A stretch of DNA of 32,000 nucleotides from Erysipelotrichaceae bacterium. Its GTDB lineage: Bacteria > Bacillota_I > Bacilli_A > Erysipelotrichales > Erysipelotrichaceae. The stretch is from the NCBI GenBank assembly GCA_963663995.1, contig OY760660.1, positions 1,590,001-1,622,000 of the forward strand. Direction: 5' to 3'. The notes under the pieces are model-generated. The model saw nothing but the letters and a program-made list of their open reading frames with translations. It was not told the DNA's origin and searched no databases. Positions 17,478-25,890 of this stretch are shown here, one piece after another. How positions within the stretch are numbered: the first letter of the stretch is position 1; each line of letters opens with the position of its first letter. Position numbers and translations under genes: made by a program.

Positions 17478-18198
17478 ACTTGAACACGTTTCTAAATCAT
17501 TTAATGAACAAGTCGTCTTAGATAAGATATCTCATGACTTGGACTTTCAAAGTTTAGCAATTTTTGGACCTAGTGGATCAGGCAAATCAACTTTATTGAG
17601 GATGATAGCGGGTTTATTGGAGTTGGATGAAGGCAAGATTAGTTTAGATGATCAATCAGTCCCTAGTATTGAAAGTGAACTTATTAAATATCGTCAAACG
17701 ATTGGTTTTGTTTTTCAAAACAATGGTTTATTCCCTCACTTAACAGCACTTCAAAACATTACCCTACCTTTAGTTGAGATACATGGCTATACAAAGGAAG
17801 ATGCTGAAAAAGAAACGATGAAATATCTTCACCGTTTTGGATTGATAGATCAAGCACATCAATCGATTGTAACCCTATCAGGGGGCCAACAACAGCGTAT
17901 TCAAATTATCCGAGCTATTATCCATAAACCACGCTTAGTTCTTCTAGATGAGCCTACATCAGCTCTAGATCCTGATATTTCAGTTGATGTATTAGAAATG
18001 TTGAAAGAACTGATAAAAGAGGGTATCCAAATTATCTTAGTCACTCATCATTTAGGTTTTGCGAAGAATGTTTGTGATCAAGTTGTATTTATCGATGAGA
18101 ACACAATCATTGAAGCTGGTTCATCAAAACAATGTTTTGAAAATCCAAAGTCAAAACAACTTAAACATTTCTTAGATCGTATGCGAGAATTCGAATAA
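17467..18198 (+). CDS. Polar amino-acid ABC transporter ATP-binding protein
   Basis: Walker A GPSGSGKST, signature LSGGQQQR, Walker B LVLLDEPTSALD, H-loop VTHH. It overlaps the permease gene by 11 nt. Confidence 0.85.
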   Translation: MKIKLEHVSKSFNEQVVLDKISHDLDFQSLAIFGPSGSGKSTLLRMIAGLLELDEGKISLDDQSVPSIESELIKYRQTIGFVFQNNGLFPHLTALQNITLPLVEIHGYTKEDAEKETMKYLHRFGLIDQAHQSIVTLSGGQQQRIQIIRAIIHKPRLVLLDEPTSALDPDISVDVLEMLKELIKEGIQIILVTHHLGFAKNVCDQVVFIDENTIIEAGSSKQCFENPKSKQLKHFLDRMREFE

Positions 18199-18226
18199 AA
18201 AAATGTCCAGCGCTGGACATTTTCTT
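18197..18226. terminator. Bidirectional terminator between the convergent ABC ATPase and GNAT genes
   Basis: AAAATGTCCAGC/GCTGGACATTTT palindrome flanked by an A-run and a T-run. Confidence 0.7.
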
Positions 18227-18702
18227 TATAACTTAAGTTCCATATATCTTGTCCCATCTGTTGGGTTATAGACAAATGGGTTTATATCAACAAAGCCATA
18301 CGATTCATAGATTTGTTGAGCTCGTATCATACCCGGTATGGTATCGAGTTTCATAAATTCATACTTCATATTTCGTGCTTCTTCAATTAAACGTGTAACA
18401 AGTTGCTTCCCAATTCCTTGTCCTCGATAAGCATCACGAACGTAGAGTCGTTTCATTTCACAGCTATTTGAATTAAGTTCTTTTAAAGCGATACAGCCTG
18501 CTGCTTTATTATCTACATAGGCAAGTAATAAAATACCCTTAGGGGCAACATATTTTCCAGGTAATTTTTTAAGTTCTTCTTTGAAGTTTTGGAAATTTAA
18601 ATCAATCTTGATCGCATTGCCATATTCTTGGATAAGTTTTTTGGCATCTGCGACTTTCTTATGGTCATTAGCCACAACAATTTCAATTTGAGCAGGTGTC
18701 AT
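18226..18702 (-). CDS. GNAT-family N-acetyltransferase
   Basis: 158 aa. Acetyl-CoA binding motif A: RLYVRDAYRGQGIGKQLVTRLIEEA. Confidence 0.8.
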   Translation of the reverse strand: MTPAQIEIVVANDHKKVADAKKLIQEYGNAIKIDLNFQNFKEELKKLPGKYVAPKGILLLAYVDNKAAGCIALKELNSNSCEMKRLYVRDAYRGQGIGKQLVTRLIEEARNMKYEFMKLDTIPGMIRAQQIYESYGFVDINPFVYNPTDGTRYMELKL

Positions 18703-18768
18703 TATAAGCTCCTTTTAAGTTTTTATCTAATTTAACTTTATCATTGATTTGTGAAATCTCAATGAAAT

Positions 18769-19434
18769 CTATGAAATTGGAAATTTTTTCCAAACGCCTT
18801 CACTAATTATTTCTATCTTATGATCAACAACTTTAATAGCACTTTGATCATCTATCGCATAAGCATCAATCTTTATTTCATCTGCCCAGATTTTAGCGGT
18901 CTCTATATTATTGTCTGGCATCATTTCGTGATTTAAATGAGGAAAGATTGAAAATGGGACAAGATTACATGTCTCATCACTCATTTCATATTTATTCCAT
19001 CTGACAAAATCTGAACCAATCCGGGGTGTGATTACCATGCTTCCAGCACTTAAGCCAACATAGACTGCTTCAAGGGTAGGAATCAATCGATCAAAGCCAG
19101 ATTCTTTCATCCAATAGTATAAGAATAGTGGATCTCCTCCATTGACTAAAAATACATCCGTTGATTGTATTTGTTTTGTCCATATTTCCTTATCAACTTG
19201 TGATAGCGCACTTAGTTCTAAATTACCTAATGATTTCCATCCCAATTCACACATTGGTGTGGGTGATATACCATTGATAAATTCATAAGCCATTCTTGCA
19301 CCATTGCTTAAAGCATAACTAGCTGTTGTAATGGATAAAGCATGACATTCATTTATTGGTTTTTCTAAGAGCTCTAAAAGTGCAGTTTTAATGCTTTCAT
19401 TTTGAATTCCACCTGATGTTAATAGATATTTCAT
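18769..19434 (-). CDS. Peptidase S51 (dipeptidase E-like) / class-I glutamine amidotransferase-like protein
   Basis: 221 aa. MKYLLTSGG N-terminus, nucleophile elbow VYVGLSAGSMV, and a later His (FPHLNHE). Confidence 0.7.
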   Translation of the reverse strand: MKYLLTSGGIQNESIKTALLELLEKPINECHALSITTASYALSNGARMAYEFINGISPTPMCELGWKSLGNLELSALSQVDKEIWTKQIQSTDVFLVNGGDPLFLYYWMKESGFDRLIPTLEAVYVGLSAGSMVITPRIGSDFVRWNKYEMSDETCNLVPFSIFPHLNHEMMPDNNIETAKIWADEIKIDAYAIDDQSAIKVVDHKIEIISEGVWKKFPIS

Positions 19435-19507
19435 ATAAGAACCTCTCTTAATATATTTTAGTCTTTTTTAAAGAATGATTAACTATAAATAGATTGAAGG
19501 AGAATTT

Positions 19508-19792
19508 ATGACACATACATTAATCATTAAATTTAAAGAAGGAATCTACAACCAAGAAGTATTTGATAAAACTTATGAAGCTTTTAGTGAAATGGTGGAA
19601 AAAATAAGTGGTGTTAATTCTTTTAAATTAATTGAGAATATAATAGATCGCGACGCAAATGGAGATATATTGTTGATTATTGAACTACAAATAAAAGAAA
19701 TGCTTCAAGTTTATCTTGATCATCCATTACATGTTGCATACGCGAACTATATTGCCCCAATTACGGAGAAGAAAGTATCTTTAGATTATTAA
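19508..19792 (+). CDS. Dabb (stress-responsive alpha/beta-barrel) domain protein
   Basis: 94 aa. MTHTLIIKFKE ... YLDHPLHVAYANYI is typical of Dabb/dimeric ferredoxin-like proteins. AAGGAGA RBS. Confidence 0.65.
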   Translation: MTHTLIIKFKEGIYNQEVFDKTYEAFSEMVEKISGVNSFKLIENIIDRDANGDILLIIELQIKEMLQVYLDHPLHVAYANYIAPITEKKVSLDY

Positions 19793-19817
19793 AAGTTGAT
19801 TATAAATTAATCAGCTT
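19793..19817. terminator. Hairpin between the convergent Dabb and PRD-regulator genes
   Basis: AAGTTGATTA-TAAAT-TAATCAGCTT (10 bp with one G.U pair) fills the whole 25-nt intergenic gap. Confidence 0.45.
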
Positions 19818-21740
19818 TTAATTTGAGTAAGATGCAATTTGTTTAATAAAAGATTGGTAATCATGAACTTGAATTAAAGAATTTAATTTTCGATCATCAG
19901 CAATAATATCAGTTAAAAAGTCAAAGATATCTTTGAATAGTACACGGTCAGTTTCATGTATAGCCAACATGAAGACGATATTGACGTTTGTTTGATTCCA
20001 TAAGAATGCTTTCTTATGAATAGAAACAGCGATGGCAGATTTTTTTGAACACATTTCGAGTGGATGTGGCATCGCTATATTACCAAATGCACTAGAACTT
20101 ATCTCTTCTCGTTCATATATTTTTTGTTTGAAATCATCTCCTACAAAGCCATTATTTTCTAGTTGAGTTGTCATTAGTTCAATCGCTTGTGTACAATTAT
20201 CAAATTGATTAGTTGTTGAAAAACAATCCTCTTTAAATAAAACCTTTAATTTATTCTCAAGTCTTTGTAGTTTACGCGTATTAAAAACTTCATCTATTGC
20301 CTGGGCAATATTTGCGATATCCTTGTTACTCATAAAGTCTGTAGTGATAACGTAGTGCTTTTTATGACTATAGGATGGTTGAATAGTAGTGATAAGTAAA
20401 TCATAATCTTTAATGTCACTAAGTTCAGATTCATCAGATATTACATCACCTATAATGATTGAGTCTTGGAAAATCTTTAAACATTTTTTTAGGATTTTAT
20501 ATGAGTTTGAATAATAACTAGGATTTAATATGACTACCTTTAATTTATTCTCAATTGCTTTTTGTTCTTCAATGAGTACACCAATATGTAGAGCTATATA
20601 TGCTATTTCATCTTCACTTAAATGAAGATTTTTGTTTTGTTGAATGATGTTTGCGATAAAAACAGAAATATCATAGATAAAAGGATAAGTTGTCTTGATA
20701 TTAATCATTTGAGGATTTCTAAGTGCAATTTGATTATCTAAACGAATCAGTAAATTACGGAGATGAAGACTAAAACGAACTACAAAATCATGATTATCTA
20801 AACGGATATAAAAACTATGTAATGTTTTTTGTTTTATCTCTTCAACTAAGTTCATCACATCTGTACCAACAATTGATTTTAATTCTTCAGTGCTGATGCT
20901 TTGAGGATCGATATTAAAGACGCGAGTCATGATTAATAGAGACAAATCATATTGATCAGCTTCTGTAAAATTGATTTGATACTGTTTAGAGATATCATCT
21001 AATATCTTTAAAATAATTTGATTTATATGAGAATTGATTTTAACAGTTTTTGAATAGACTTGTTTATGGATGACAGGTGTAGATGTAATACGTCGTCTTT
21101 CCATCGTAATGGCAATGTGTAAAACTAAATTTAAAAGTGAAAAATCATCAATGAAATATTCAAATTGTTGTAGACTATCAAGTACTAATTTTCGTACTTC
21201 TTTTAAATCAAAGATTGGTAGATATGCTTGAATAAGATCTAGACTTAAAAATGAATCTGAGTCTTTATAAATTAAATCACTTAAAAGTTTCTTTTTATTC
21301 TTTTCGAATCCTTCGATATACGCATAATTATTTTTTGTTTTGAAGACTAAATCATATTTAGTAAGTTCAAGCTTAAGCTTAACCAGCTCGTTATTTAAAG
21401 TAGTGATTGAGATACATAATTCATCTGCCAGTACATCTAAAGATTTTTCAGAATTAGTGATTAACAAAGATTTGTAAATATACTTACGTCTTTCTTCAAC
21501 AGATTGCGGAATCGAATCATTATTTTCTTCCTTTATAAATTCATCTACTAATTCATTATCTGATAACTTAAAACCATCTCGTGAACTTAAAATGAGATTA
21601 TAGTGATCATTATTGATGTTTTTAACATATGTTTGAAGGGTTCTACGAGAAATCGATAAAGCTAGACAAATTTGATTTGAGTTTGTCCAGTCTTTTTGCT
21701 CTTGTAGATATTCGATGACTTTTAGTTCTTTGTTTCTCAT
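19818..21740 (-). CDS. LicR/MtlR-type PRD-containing transcriptional activator (HTH, Mga-like HTH, PRD1, PRD2, EIIB-like, EIIA-Mtl/Fru-like)
   Basis: HTH (NSNQICLALSISRRTLQTYVKNI). Two PRDs with conserved His (LVLHIAITMERR; VRFSLHLRNLL; IAYIALHIGVLIEE). C-terminal EIIA-2 domain with the AMPHP phosphorylation loop. ATG 21740 is chosen; a GTG at 21764 is an alternative start. Confidence 0.85.
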   Translation of the reverse strand: MRNKELKVIEYLQEQKDWTNSNQICLALSISRRTLQTYVKNINNDHYNLILSSRDGFKLSDNELVDEFIKEENNDSIPQSVEERRKYIYKSLLITNSEKSLDVLADELCISITTLNNELVKLKLELTKYDLVFKTKNNYAYIEGFEKNKKKLLSDLIYKDSDSFLSLDLIQAYLPIFDLKEVRKLVLDSLQQFEYFIDDFSLLNLVLHIAITMERRRITSTPVIHKQVYSKTVKINSHINQIILKILDDISKQYQINFTEADQYDLSLLIMTRVFNIDPQSISTEELKSIVGTDVMNLVEEIKQKTLHSFYIRLDNHDFVVRFSLHLRNLLIRLDNQIALRNPQMINIKTTYPFIYDISVFIANIIQQNKNLHLSEDEIAYIALHIGVLIEEQKAIENKLKVVILNPSYYSNSYKILKKCLKIFQDSIIIGDVISDESELSDIKDYDLLITTIQPSYSHKKHYVITTDFMSNKDIANIAQAIDEVFNTRKLQRLENKLKVLFKEDCFSTTNQFDNCTQAIELMTTQLENNGFVGDDFKQKIYEREEISSSAFGNIAMPHPLEMCSKKSAIAVSIHKKAFLWNQTNVNIVFMLAIHETDRVLFKDIFDFLTDIIADDRKLNSLIQVHDYQSFIKQIASYSN

Positions 21741-21803
21741 TATCTCTAGTATAAAGTATCCCACTTTATTGTATGAAATTGGATCGAAAAGTTCTAATCA
21801 TAA

Positions 21804-21822
21804 TTGCACAGATAGTGTGCAA
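21804..21822. promoter_or_regulatory. Perfect palindrome TTGCACA-N5-TGTGCAA in the regulator/PTS divergent intergenic region (candidate activator operator)
   Basis: The 7-bp arms are exact reverse complements. It lies about 85 nt upstream of the EIIA start and about 60 nt upstream of the regulator start. A related half-site, ATGCACA, occurs at 21853-21859. Confidence 0.4.
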
Positions 21823-21908
21823 ATTTTAATATTTTACTTTTCTTAACTTAGATGCACAATGACACTGTACTTAATTGTTCTTGCAAGAAAAAGAAAGTGT
21901 AGGTAGAG

Positions 21909-22220
21909 ATGGAAGTATTACAAGAAATCATGAGCATGATTGCTCATGGAGGTGAAGCGAAAAGTCTTGCGCTATTGGCCATACAGCAAGCTCGTGAAAA
22001 GAAATTCCAAGAAGCAGAAGAATCTCTAAAGAAATCAGATGATGCTTTATTGTTAAGTCACAATGCACATACTAAACTTTTAGTAGCAGAAGCAAATGAA
22101 GAAGACATCAATGTCACAGTACTCATGATGCATGCTGGGGATCACCTTGGTAGTGCTGAAACAGTACGTTCTTTGGCAGAGGAAATCATATTGCTTCATA
22201 AGGAGATTAAACATGATTAA
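21909..22220 (+). CDS. PTS lactose/cellobiose-family EIIA
   Basis: 103 aa, all-helical. The pattern IMSMIAHGGEAKSLALLAIQQAREKKFQEAEESLKKSDDALLLSHNAHTKLL...MHAGDHL matches EIIA(Lac/Cel), including the phospho-His region. Confidence 0.85.
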   Translation: MEVLQEIMSMIAHGGEAKSLALLAIQQAREKKFQEAEESLKKSDDALLLSHNAHTKLLVAEANEEDINVTVLMMHAGDHLGSAETVRSLAEEIILLHKEIKHD

Positions 22221-22527
22221 GATTTCACTTATTTGTCAAAATGGTGCGAGCACAGGATTAGTTGTTCGTAAGATGCGAGAATATGCAGAAAAGGCACAAC
22301 TTGATGTTGATATTAGTGCTTATGCTGATTCACAGTTATCGAATATTATTGAAGACAAAGACATTATTTTATTAGGACCACAAGTTGCATTCAAGAAAAG
22401 AAATTTTGAAGAAGCATTTCCAGATCAAGCACAAAAAATCAATCTTATAAATACGATGGATTTTGGCATGATGGATGGTGAAAAAATTTTAAAGGATGCA
22501 ATCGCAAAAGTAGAAAGTCTTAAGTAA
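22213..22527 (+). CDS. PTS lactose/cellobiose-family EIIB
   Basis: ATG 22213 lies 7 nt after AGGAG (22201-22205). MIKISLICQNGASTGLVVRKM carries the EIIB(Cel) Cys P-loop. It overlaps the EIIA stop. The 22132 start in the ORF track is an out-of-frame run inside EIIA. Confidence 0.85.
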   Translation: MIKISLICQNGASTGLVVRKMREYAEKAQLDVDISAYADSQLSNIIEDKDIILLGPQVAFKKRNFEEAFPDQAQKINLINTMDFGMMDGEKILKDAIAKVESLK

Positions 22528-22551
22528 AAAGGCTATTTAAAAGGAGAAAAA

Positions 22552-23808
22552 ATGGAAAAGTTAATGGATGTTTTACAAGAACGTTTGATGCCTCTAGCAA
22601 ATAAAATTACATCATACAAATTTCTAATGGCTTTAGGTCAAACATTCCAAATTTTACTGCCAATCATTATGATTGGATCATTTGCAGCTTTAGGGGCATT
22701 CCTAAATGTTGATTTCTGGCAAAATTTTGTACAAAGTACAGGATTAAATATGATTCTCATGGGTACACAATCAATGACCCTCAGTATCATTGCCTTCTAT
22801 GTTGTTATGGTTTTACCTTATCAATATGCTCAAAAACTAGGAATTAATCCTATTACATCGACAGTATTGTCTGTTATGGCATTTTTACTGGTTACACCAA
22901 CAGAATTATATACAAGTATTCCACTCGCATGGTTAGGTTATCCTGGGCTATTTGGTGCCATGTTTGTAGGAGCATTAGTACCATTACTAACTAAATTCTT
23001 AATTGATAAGAAAATATATATTAAGATGCCTGCTGGTGTTCCACAAATCGTTGAAGATTCATTTGCATCATTGGTGCCAGCATTTGTCATCATGGTTATC
23101 GCGATTGTTATTGCTCAAACTTTAGCTAAAACAAGTTTCGGTAGTTTACATGGTGTTATTTATCAATTAATTCAAACGCCACTGCAAGGTGTTGGATTAT
23201 CTTATCCTTTCTATTTATTCATTCAAATGCTATCAACATTACTTATGTTTGCAGGGATTCATGGTAATACTGTATTTGGAACAATCACTCCAATTACTTT
23301 AGCTGCTAGTGCTGAAAATCTAGCTGCTTTGGCTAATGGTTCAGATTTACCAAATATTATTACAAGTTCATTCTCCGTATTCTGCCAACCTGGTGGTATC
23401 GGTGGTACTCTAGCTTTAGCCTTTATGTTAGCTTTCTTAGCTAAGAGTAAGAGATTACGCACATTAGGTAAACTTGCATTAATTCCAGCTATTTTTGGAA
23501 TCAATGAACCATTAATCTTTGGCATTCCTATTCTGTTAAATCCAATGTTATTTATCCCATATATCTTAAGCCCAATCGTTGCGACTACAACGGCATATTT
23601 CTCAATCGCAATCGGTATTGTTCCAAGATTATCTGGTGTTGAAGTTAACTGGACAATGCCACAAGTTATTTCTGGTTTCTTAGCTCAAGGACCTCAAGCT
23701 GCAATTTTACAAGTAGTAATTATTGCAATTACAACAGCAATTTGGTTCCCATTCTTCAAATTAGTTGATAAGAAAATCACTGCTGAAGAACAAGCAAACG
23801 TTGAATAA
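22552..23808 (+). CDS. PTS lactose/cellobiose-family EIIC permease
   Basis: 418 aa, polytopic. N-terminal LMPLANKITSYKFLMALGQTFQILLPIIMIGSFA and a central GIHGN..F motif are typical of EIIC(Lac/Cel). AAGGAGAA RBS. Confidence 0.9.
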   Translation: MEKLMDVLQERLMPLANKITSYKFLMALGQTFQILLPIIMIGSFAALGAFLNVDFWQNFVQSTGLNMILMGTQSMTLSIIAFYVVMVLPYQYAQKLGINPITSTVLSVMAFLLVTPTELYTSIPLAWLGYPGLFGAMFVGALVPLLTKFLIDKKIYIKMPAGVPQIVEDSFASLVPAFVIMVIAIVIAQTLAKTSFGSLHGVIYQLIQTPLQGVGLSYPFYLFIQMLSTLLMFAGIHGNTVFGTITPITLAASAENLAALANGSDLPNIITSSFSVFCQPGGIGGTLALAFMLAFLAKSKRLRTLGKLALIPAIFGINEPLIFGIPILLNPMLFIPYILSPIVATTTAYFSIAIGIVPRLSGVEVNWTMPQVISGFLAQGPQAAILQVVIIAITTAIWFPFFKLVDKKITAEEQANVE

Positions 23809-23815
23809 GAACATA

Positions 23816-23845
23816 AAGGGAATAGAAATATTCCCTTAATTTTTT
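23816..23845 (+). terminator. Intra-operon terminator/attenuator hairpin between the EIIC and reductase-1 genes
   Basis: AAGGGAATA-GAAA-TATTCCCTT followed by AATTTTTT. The reductase RBS GGAGG (23846-23850) follows immediately. Confidence 0.55.
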
Positions 23846-23856
23846 GGAGGACATGT

Positions 23857-25746
23857 ATGAAATACAATAAGCTTTTTTCACCCATTAAAATAAATCAAAT
23901 GACTGTAAGAAACAGAATCGTTGCGACACCAGTAGGTGATGAATTCGAAGAAAAAGGTATTGGTGGTGCAGGCATAGTCATTTGTGGTCACACAATTGTT
24001 GAACCTGGTAGATCGAGTTTCGCTAGTGGCGATGAACCCTATGCGTTTCATAAATATGAAGTAGAAAAGACACAAGGAAGAATTAGAAAAGTTCACCAAG
24101 GAGGCGCAAAAGCTTCTCTTGAAATATTCCATGCTGGACAATATGCACGTGTAAAAGATTATGCGATGGGTCCAAATGGTTTTATTCGTGAAGATGGTGT
24201 TGAAGTTAAAGCTATGGATGAAAAAATGATGGAACATACTGCAGACTGTTTTGCTCAAGCTGCAAAAGATGCCAAAGATTTAGGTTTTGATATGATCTTC
24301 ATGCATTTTGGACATGGCTGGTTACCTGCACAATTTCTTTCACCATTATTTAACAAAAGAACAGATGAGTTTGGTGGAAGCTTCGAAAATCGAGCAAAAT
24401 TCCCAAAGTTAATCTTAGAAAAAGTAAGAAAAGCAGTAGGGCCCTATTTCCCCATTGATATGCGCATTAGTGCCATTGAATGGGTAGAAGGATCTATTGA
24501 GTTTAAGGATACTTTAGCGTTTATAAAATTAGTTGAACCATTAATAGATACAGTACAGATTTCTGCTGGATTAGATATCAATCATGAAGGAAACGTTCAT
24601 ATGGTTACTACTAATTTTAAAGGTCATATGGTGAATGCTGATTTTGCTAAACAAGTAAGAGAACAAGTAAAAATCCCCGTTTCTACAGTAGGAGCAGTTT
24701 TACATCCAGAACAAGCAGAACAAATTCTACAAGAAGGTAAAGTTGATTTAATCGGTTTTGGTCGAGCTTTTGTAGCAGATCCAGATTGGCCAAATAAAGC
24801 ACTTGAAGGTAGAGAAGATGAAATAAATCCTTGTATTCGTTGTTTATACTGTTACCATATTGCGACAAATCGAAGAAATGTGGGTTGTTCGGTTAATCCT
24901 AGATATCATAATGAAGATTTTGTTCCTAAGGATTTAATACCTACAAAGAACCCAAAAAATGTTGTGATTGTTGGGGCTGGACCAGCAGGAATGAAAGCTG
25001 CGATAACAGCTAGTACTCGTGGTCATCAAGTAACTTTAATTGAAAAGAATAGTTATTTAGGTGGAGCACTACACTATATTTCAAAGGAATTTTATAAAGA
25101 AGACATTCGTTATTTCTTAAAGAACTTAACTTCTCAAGTTGAAAAAAGTAATATTAAAGTGATTCTTAATACTACAGCAACAGCAGACTTCATTAAATCA
25201 CATAATCCTGATGTTTTAATTGTGGCTATTGGAGCGCTTCCAATGACTCCACCACTCAAAGGAATAGATTCAAAAATAGTAATGGGATTCCACGAAGCAA
25301 TAGATGCTGAAGATAAAATTGGTCAAAAGGTTGCGATTATAGGTGGCGGATCAATCGGAGCAGAATTAGGTTTAGAATTAGCCGAGTTACATAATAAAGA
25401 TGTGAATATTATTGAGATGACAGATCAAATAGCTGCACAAGGTAATATGCTTTATCGTATTGCACTTAGACAAAAAATGGAAGTTCAAGATAATCTTAAA
25501 AAATTTATGTTGCATCGTTGTGAAGAAATCACTGATAGTTCTGTGCGTTTAAGTGATAGTGAAGGAAACGAGATATTACTCAATGTAGATACTGTAATTA
25601 TCGCAACTGGTGTTAGAAAAGATCAAAAAGAAGTAGACTCATTTTTTGGGATTGTGCCAAGTACCTTTACGATAGGAGACTGCAATAATCCGCGTAAGAT
25701 AATGGAAGCTATCTTTGAAGGTCACACTATAGCTTGTAATATCTGA
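23857..25746 (+). CDS. Enoate-reductase / 2,4-dienoyl-CoA-reductase-like flavoprotein (OYE-type FMN domain, [4Fe-4S] motif, FAD/NAD(P) domain), paralog 1
   Basis: 629 aa. OYE core HFGHGWLPAQFLSPLFNKRTDEFGGSFENRAKFP and DMRIS. Cys326-x2-Cys-x2-Cys-x11-Cys344 (24832-24888). Rossmann VVIVGAGPAGMKAA and a second IIGGGSIGAELG. Confidence 0.85.
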   Translation: MKYNKLFSPIKINQMTVRNRIVATPVGDEFEEKGIGGAGIVICGHTIVEPGRSSFASGDEPYAFHKYEVEKTQGRIRKVHQGGAKASLEIFHAGQYARVKDYAMGPNGFIREDGVEVKAMDEKMMEHTADCFAQAAKDAKDLGFDMIFMHFGHGWLPAQFLSPLFNKRTDEFGGSFENRAKFPKLILEKVRKAVGPYFPIDMRISAIEWVEGSIEFKDTLAFIKLVEPLIDTVQISAGLDINHEGNVHMVTTNFKGHMVNADFAKQVREQVKIPVSTVGAVLHPEQAEQILQEGKVDLIGFGRAFVADPDWPNKALEGREDEINPCIRCLYCYHIATNRRNVGCSVNPRYHNEDFVPKDLIPTKNPKNVVIVGAGPAGMKAAITASTRGHQVTLIEKNSYLGGALHYISKEFYKEDIRYFLKNLTSQVEKSNIKVILNTTATADFIKSHNPDVLIVAIGALPMTPPLKGIDSKIVMGFHEAIDAEDKIGQKVAIIGGGSIGAELGLELAELHNKDVNIIEMTDQIAAQGNMLYRIALRQKMEVQDNLKKFMLHRCEEITDSSVRLSDSEGNEILLNVDTVIIATGVRKDQKEVDSFFGIVPSTFTIGDCNNPRKIMEAIFEGHTIACNI

Positions 25747-25761
25747 TCAAAAATCATTAAG

Positions 25762-25790
25762 TTGACGAGTTGAATTGATTGTGTTACTGT
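25762..25790 (+). promoter_or_regulatory. Candidate promoter of the second PTS operon
   Basis: TTGACG (25762-25767), a 17-nt spacer, then TACTGT preceded by TGT (extended -10-like). It would start transcription just upstream of the RAT. Confidence 0.35.
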
Positions 25791-25804
25791 AAAAACGTTA
25801 AATA

Positions 25805-25833
25805 GGATTGTTACTGGTAAAGCAGGCTACACC
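25805..25833 (+). promoter_or_regulatory. RAT (ribonucleic antiterminator) site 1, target of BglG/LicT/SacY-type antiterminators
   Basis: GGATTGTTACTGGTAAAGCAGGCTACACC closely matches my recollection of the B. subtilis sacPA/bglP RAT consensus (GGATTGT.ACTG....GCAGGCAA.ACC). It overlaps the 5' arm of the following terminator. Confidence 0.75.
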
Positions 25834-25876
25834 AATAATTCGTGAACATCGTTTGCGTTTATTGGTGTTTTTTTAT
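25829..25876 (+). terminator. Conditional terminator overlapping RAT 1
   Basis: ACACCAATAA (25829-25838) pairs with TTATTGGTGT (25859-25868) and is followed by TTTTTTT. The 5' arm is shared with the RAT, the classical mutually exclusive arrangement. Confidence 0.75.
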
Positions 25877-25890
25877 TCTAGGGAGAATGT

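Noticed and set aside
21804-21822. The TTGCAC...TGTGCA palindrome superficially resembles a sigma-54 -24/-12 promoter (TGGCAC-N5-TTGCA).
   Set aside because: The invariant GG of the -24 box is missing and the spacing to the GC of the -12 box is off. The adjacent regulator is LicR-type, without the AAA+ sigma-54 activation domain that LevR-type regulators have.
23878-24258. Antisense ORFs lie inside the reductase genes (23878-24258, 24683-24868, 29001-29183, 29430-29636) and inside other genes (454-636, 6322-6534, 13303-13518, 17120-17359, 23259-23525, 31260-31454).
   Set aside because: They are shadow ORFs opposite well-supported genes. They have low-complexity or odd composition, no RBS and no recognisable motifs.
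25777-25797. A second, partial RAT-like sequence (TGATTGTGTTACTGTAAAAACG) lies just upstream of RAT 1.
   Set aside because: It has an extra base in the conserved GGATTGTTACTG arm and lacks the GCAGGC 3' arm. It overlaps the predicted -10 region, so it is more likely promoter sequence or a decayed duplicate than a functional RAT.
25786-25803. A cre-like (CcpA) sequence TGTAAAAACGTTAAATA lies in the operon B leader.
   Set aside because: The CG core is displaced by two positions relative to TGWAANCGNTNWCA, and the 3' half lacks the conserved CA. The match is too weak to call.
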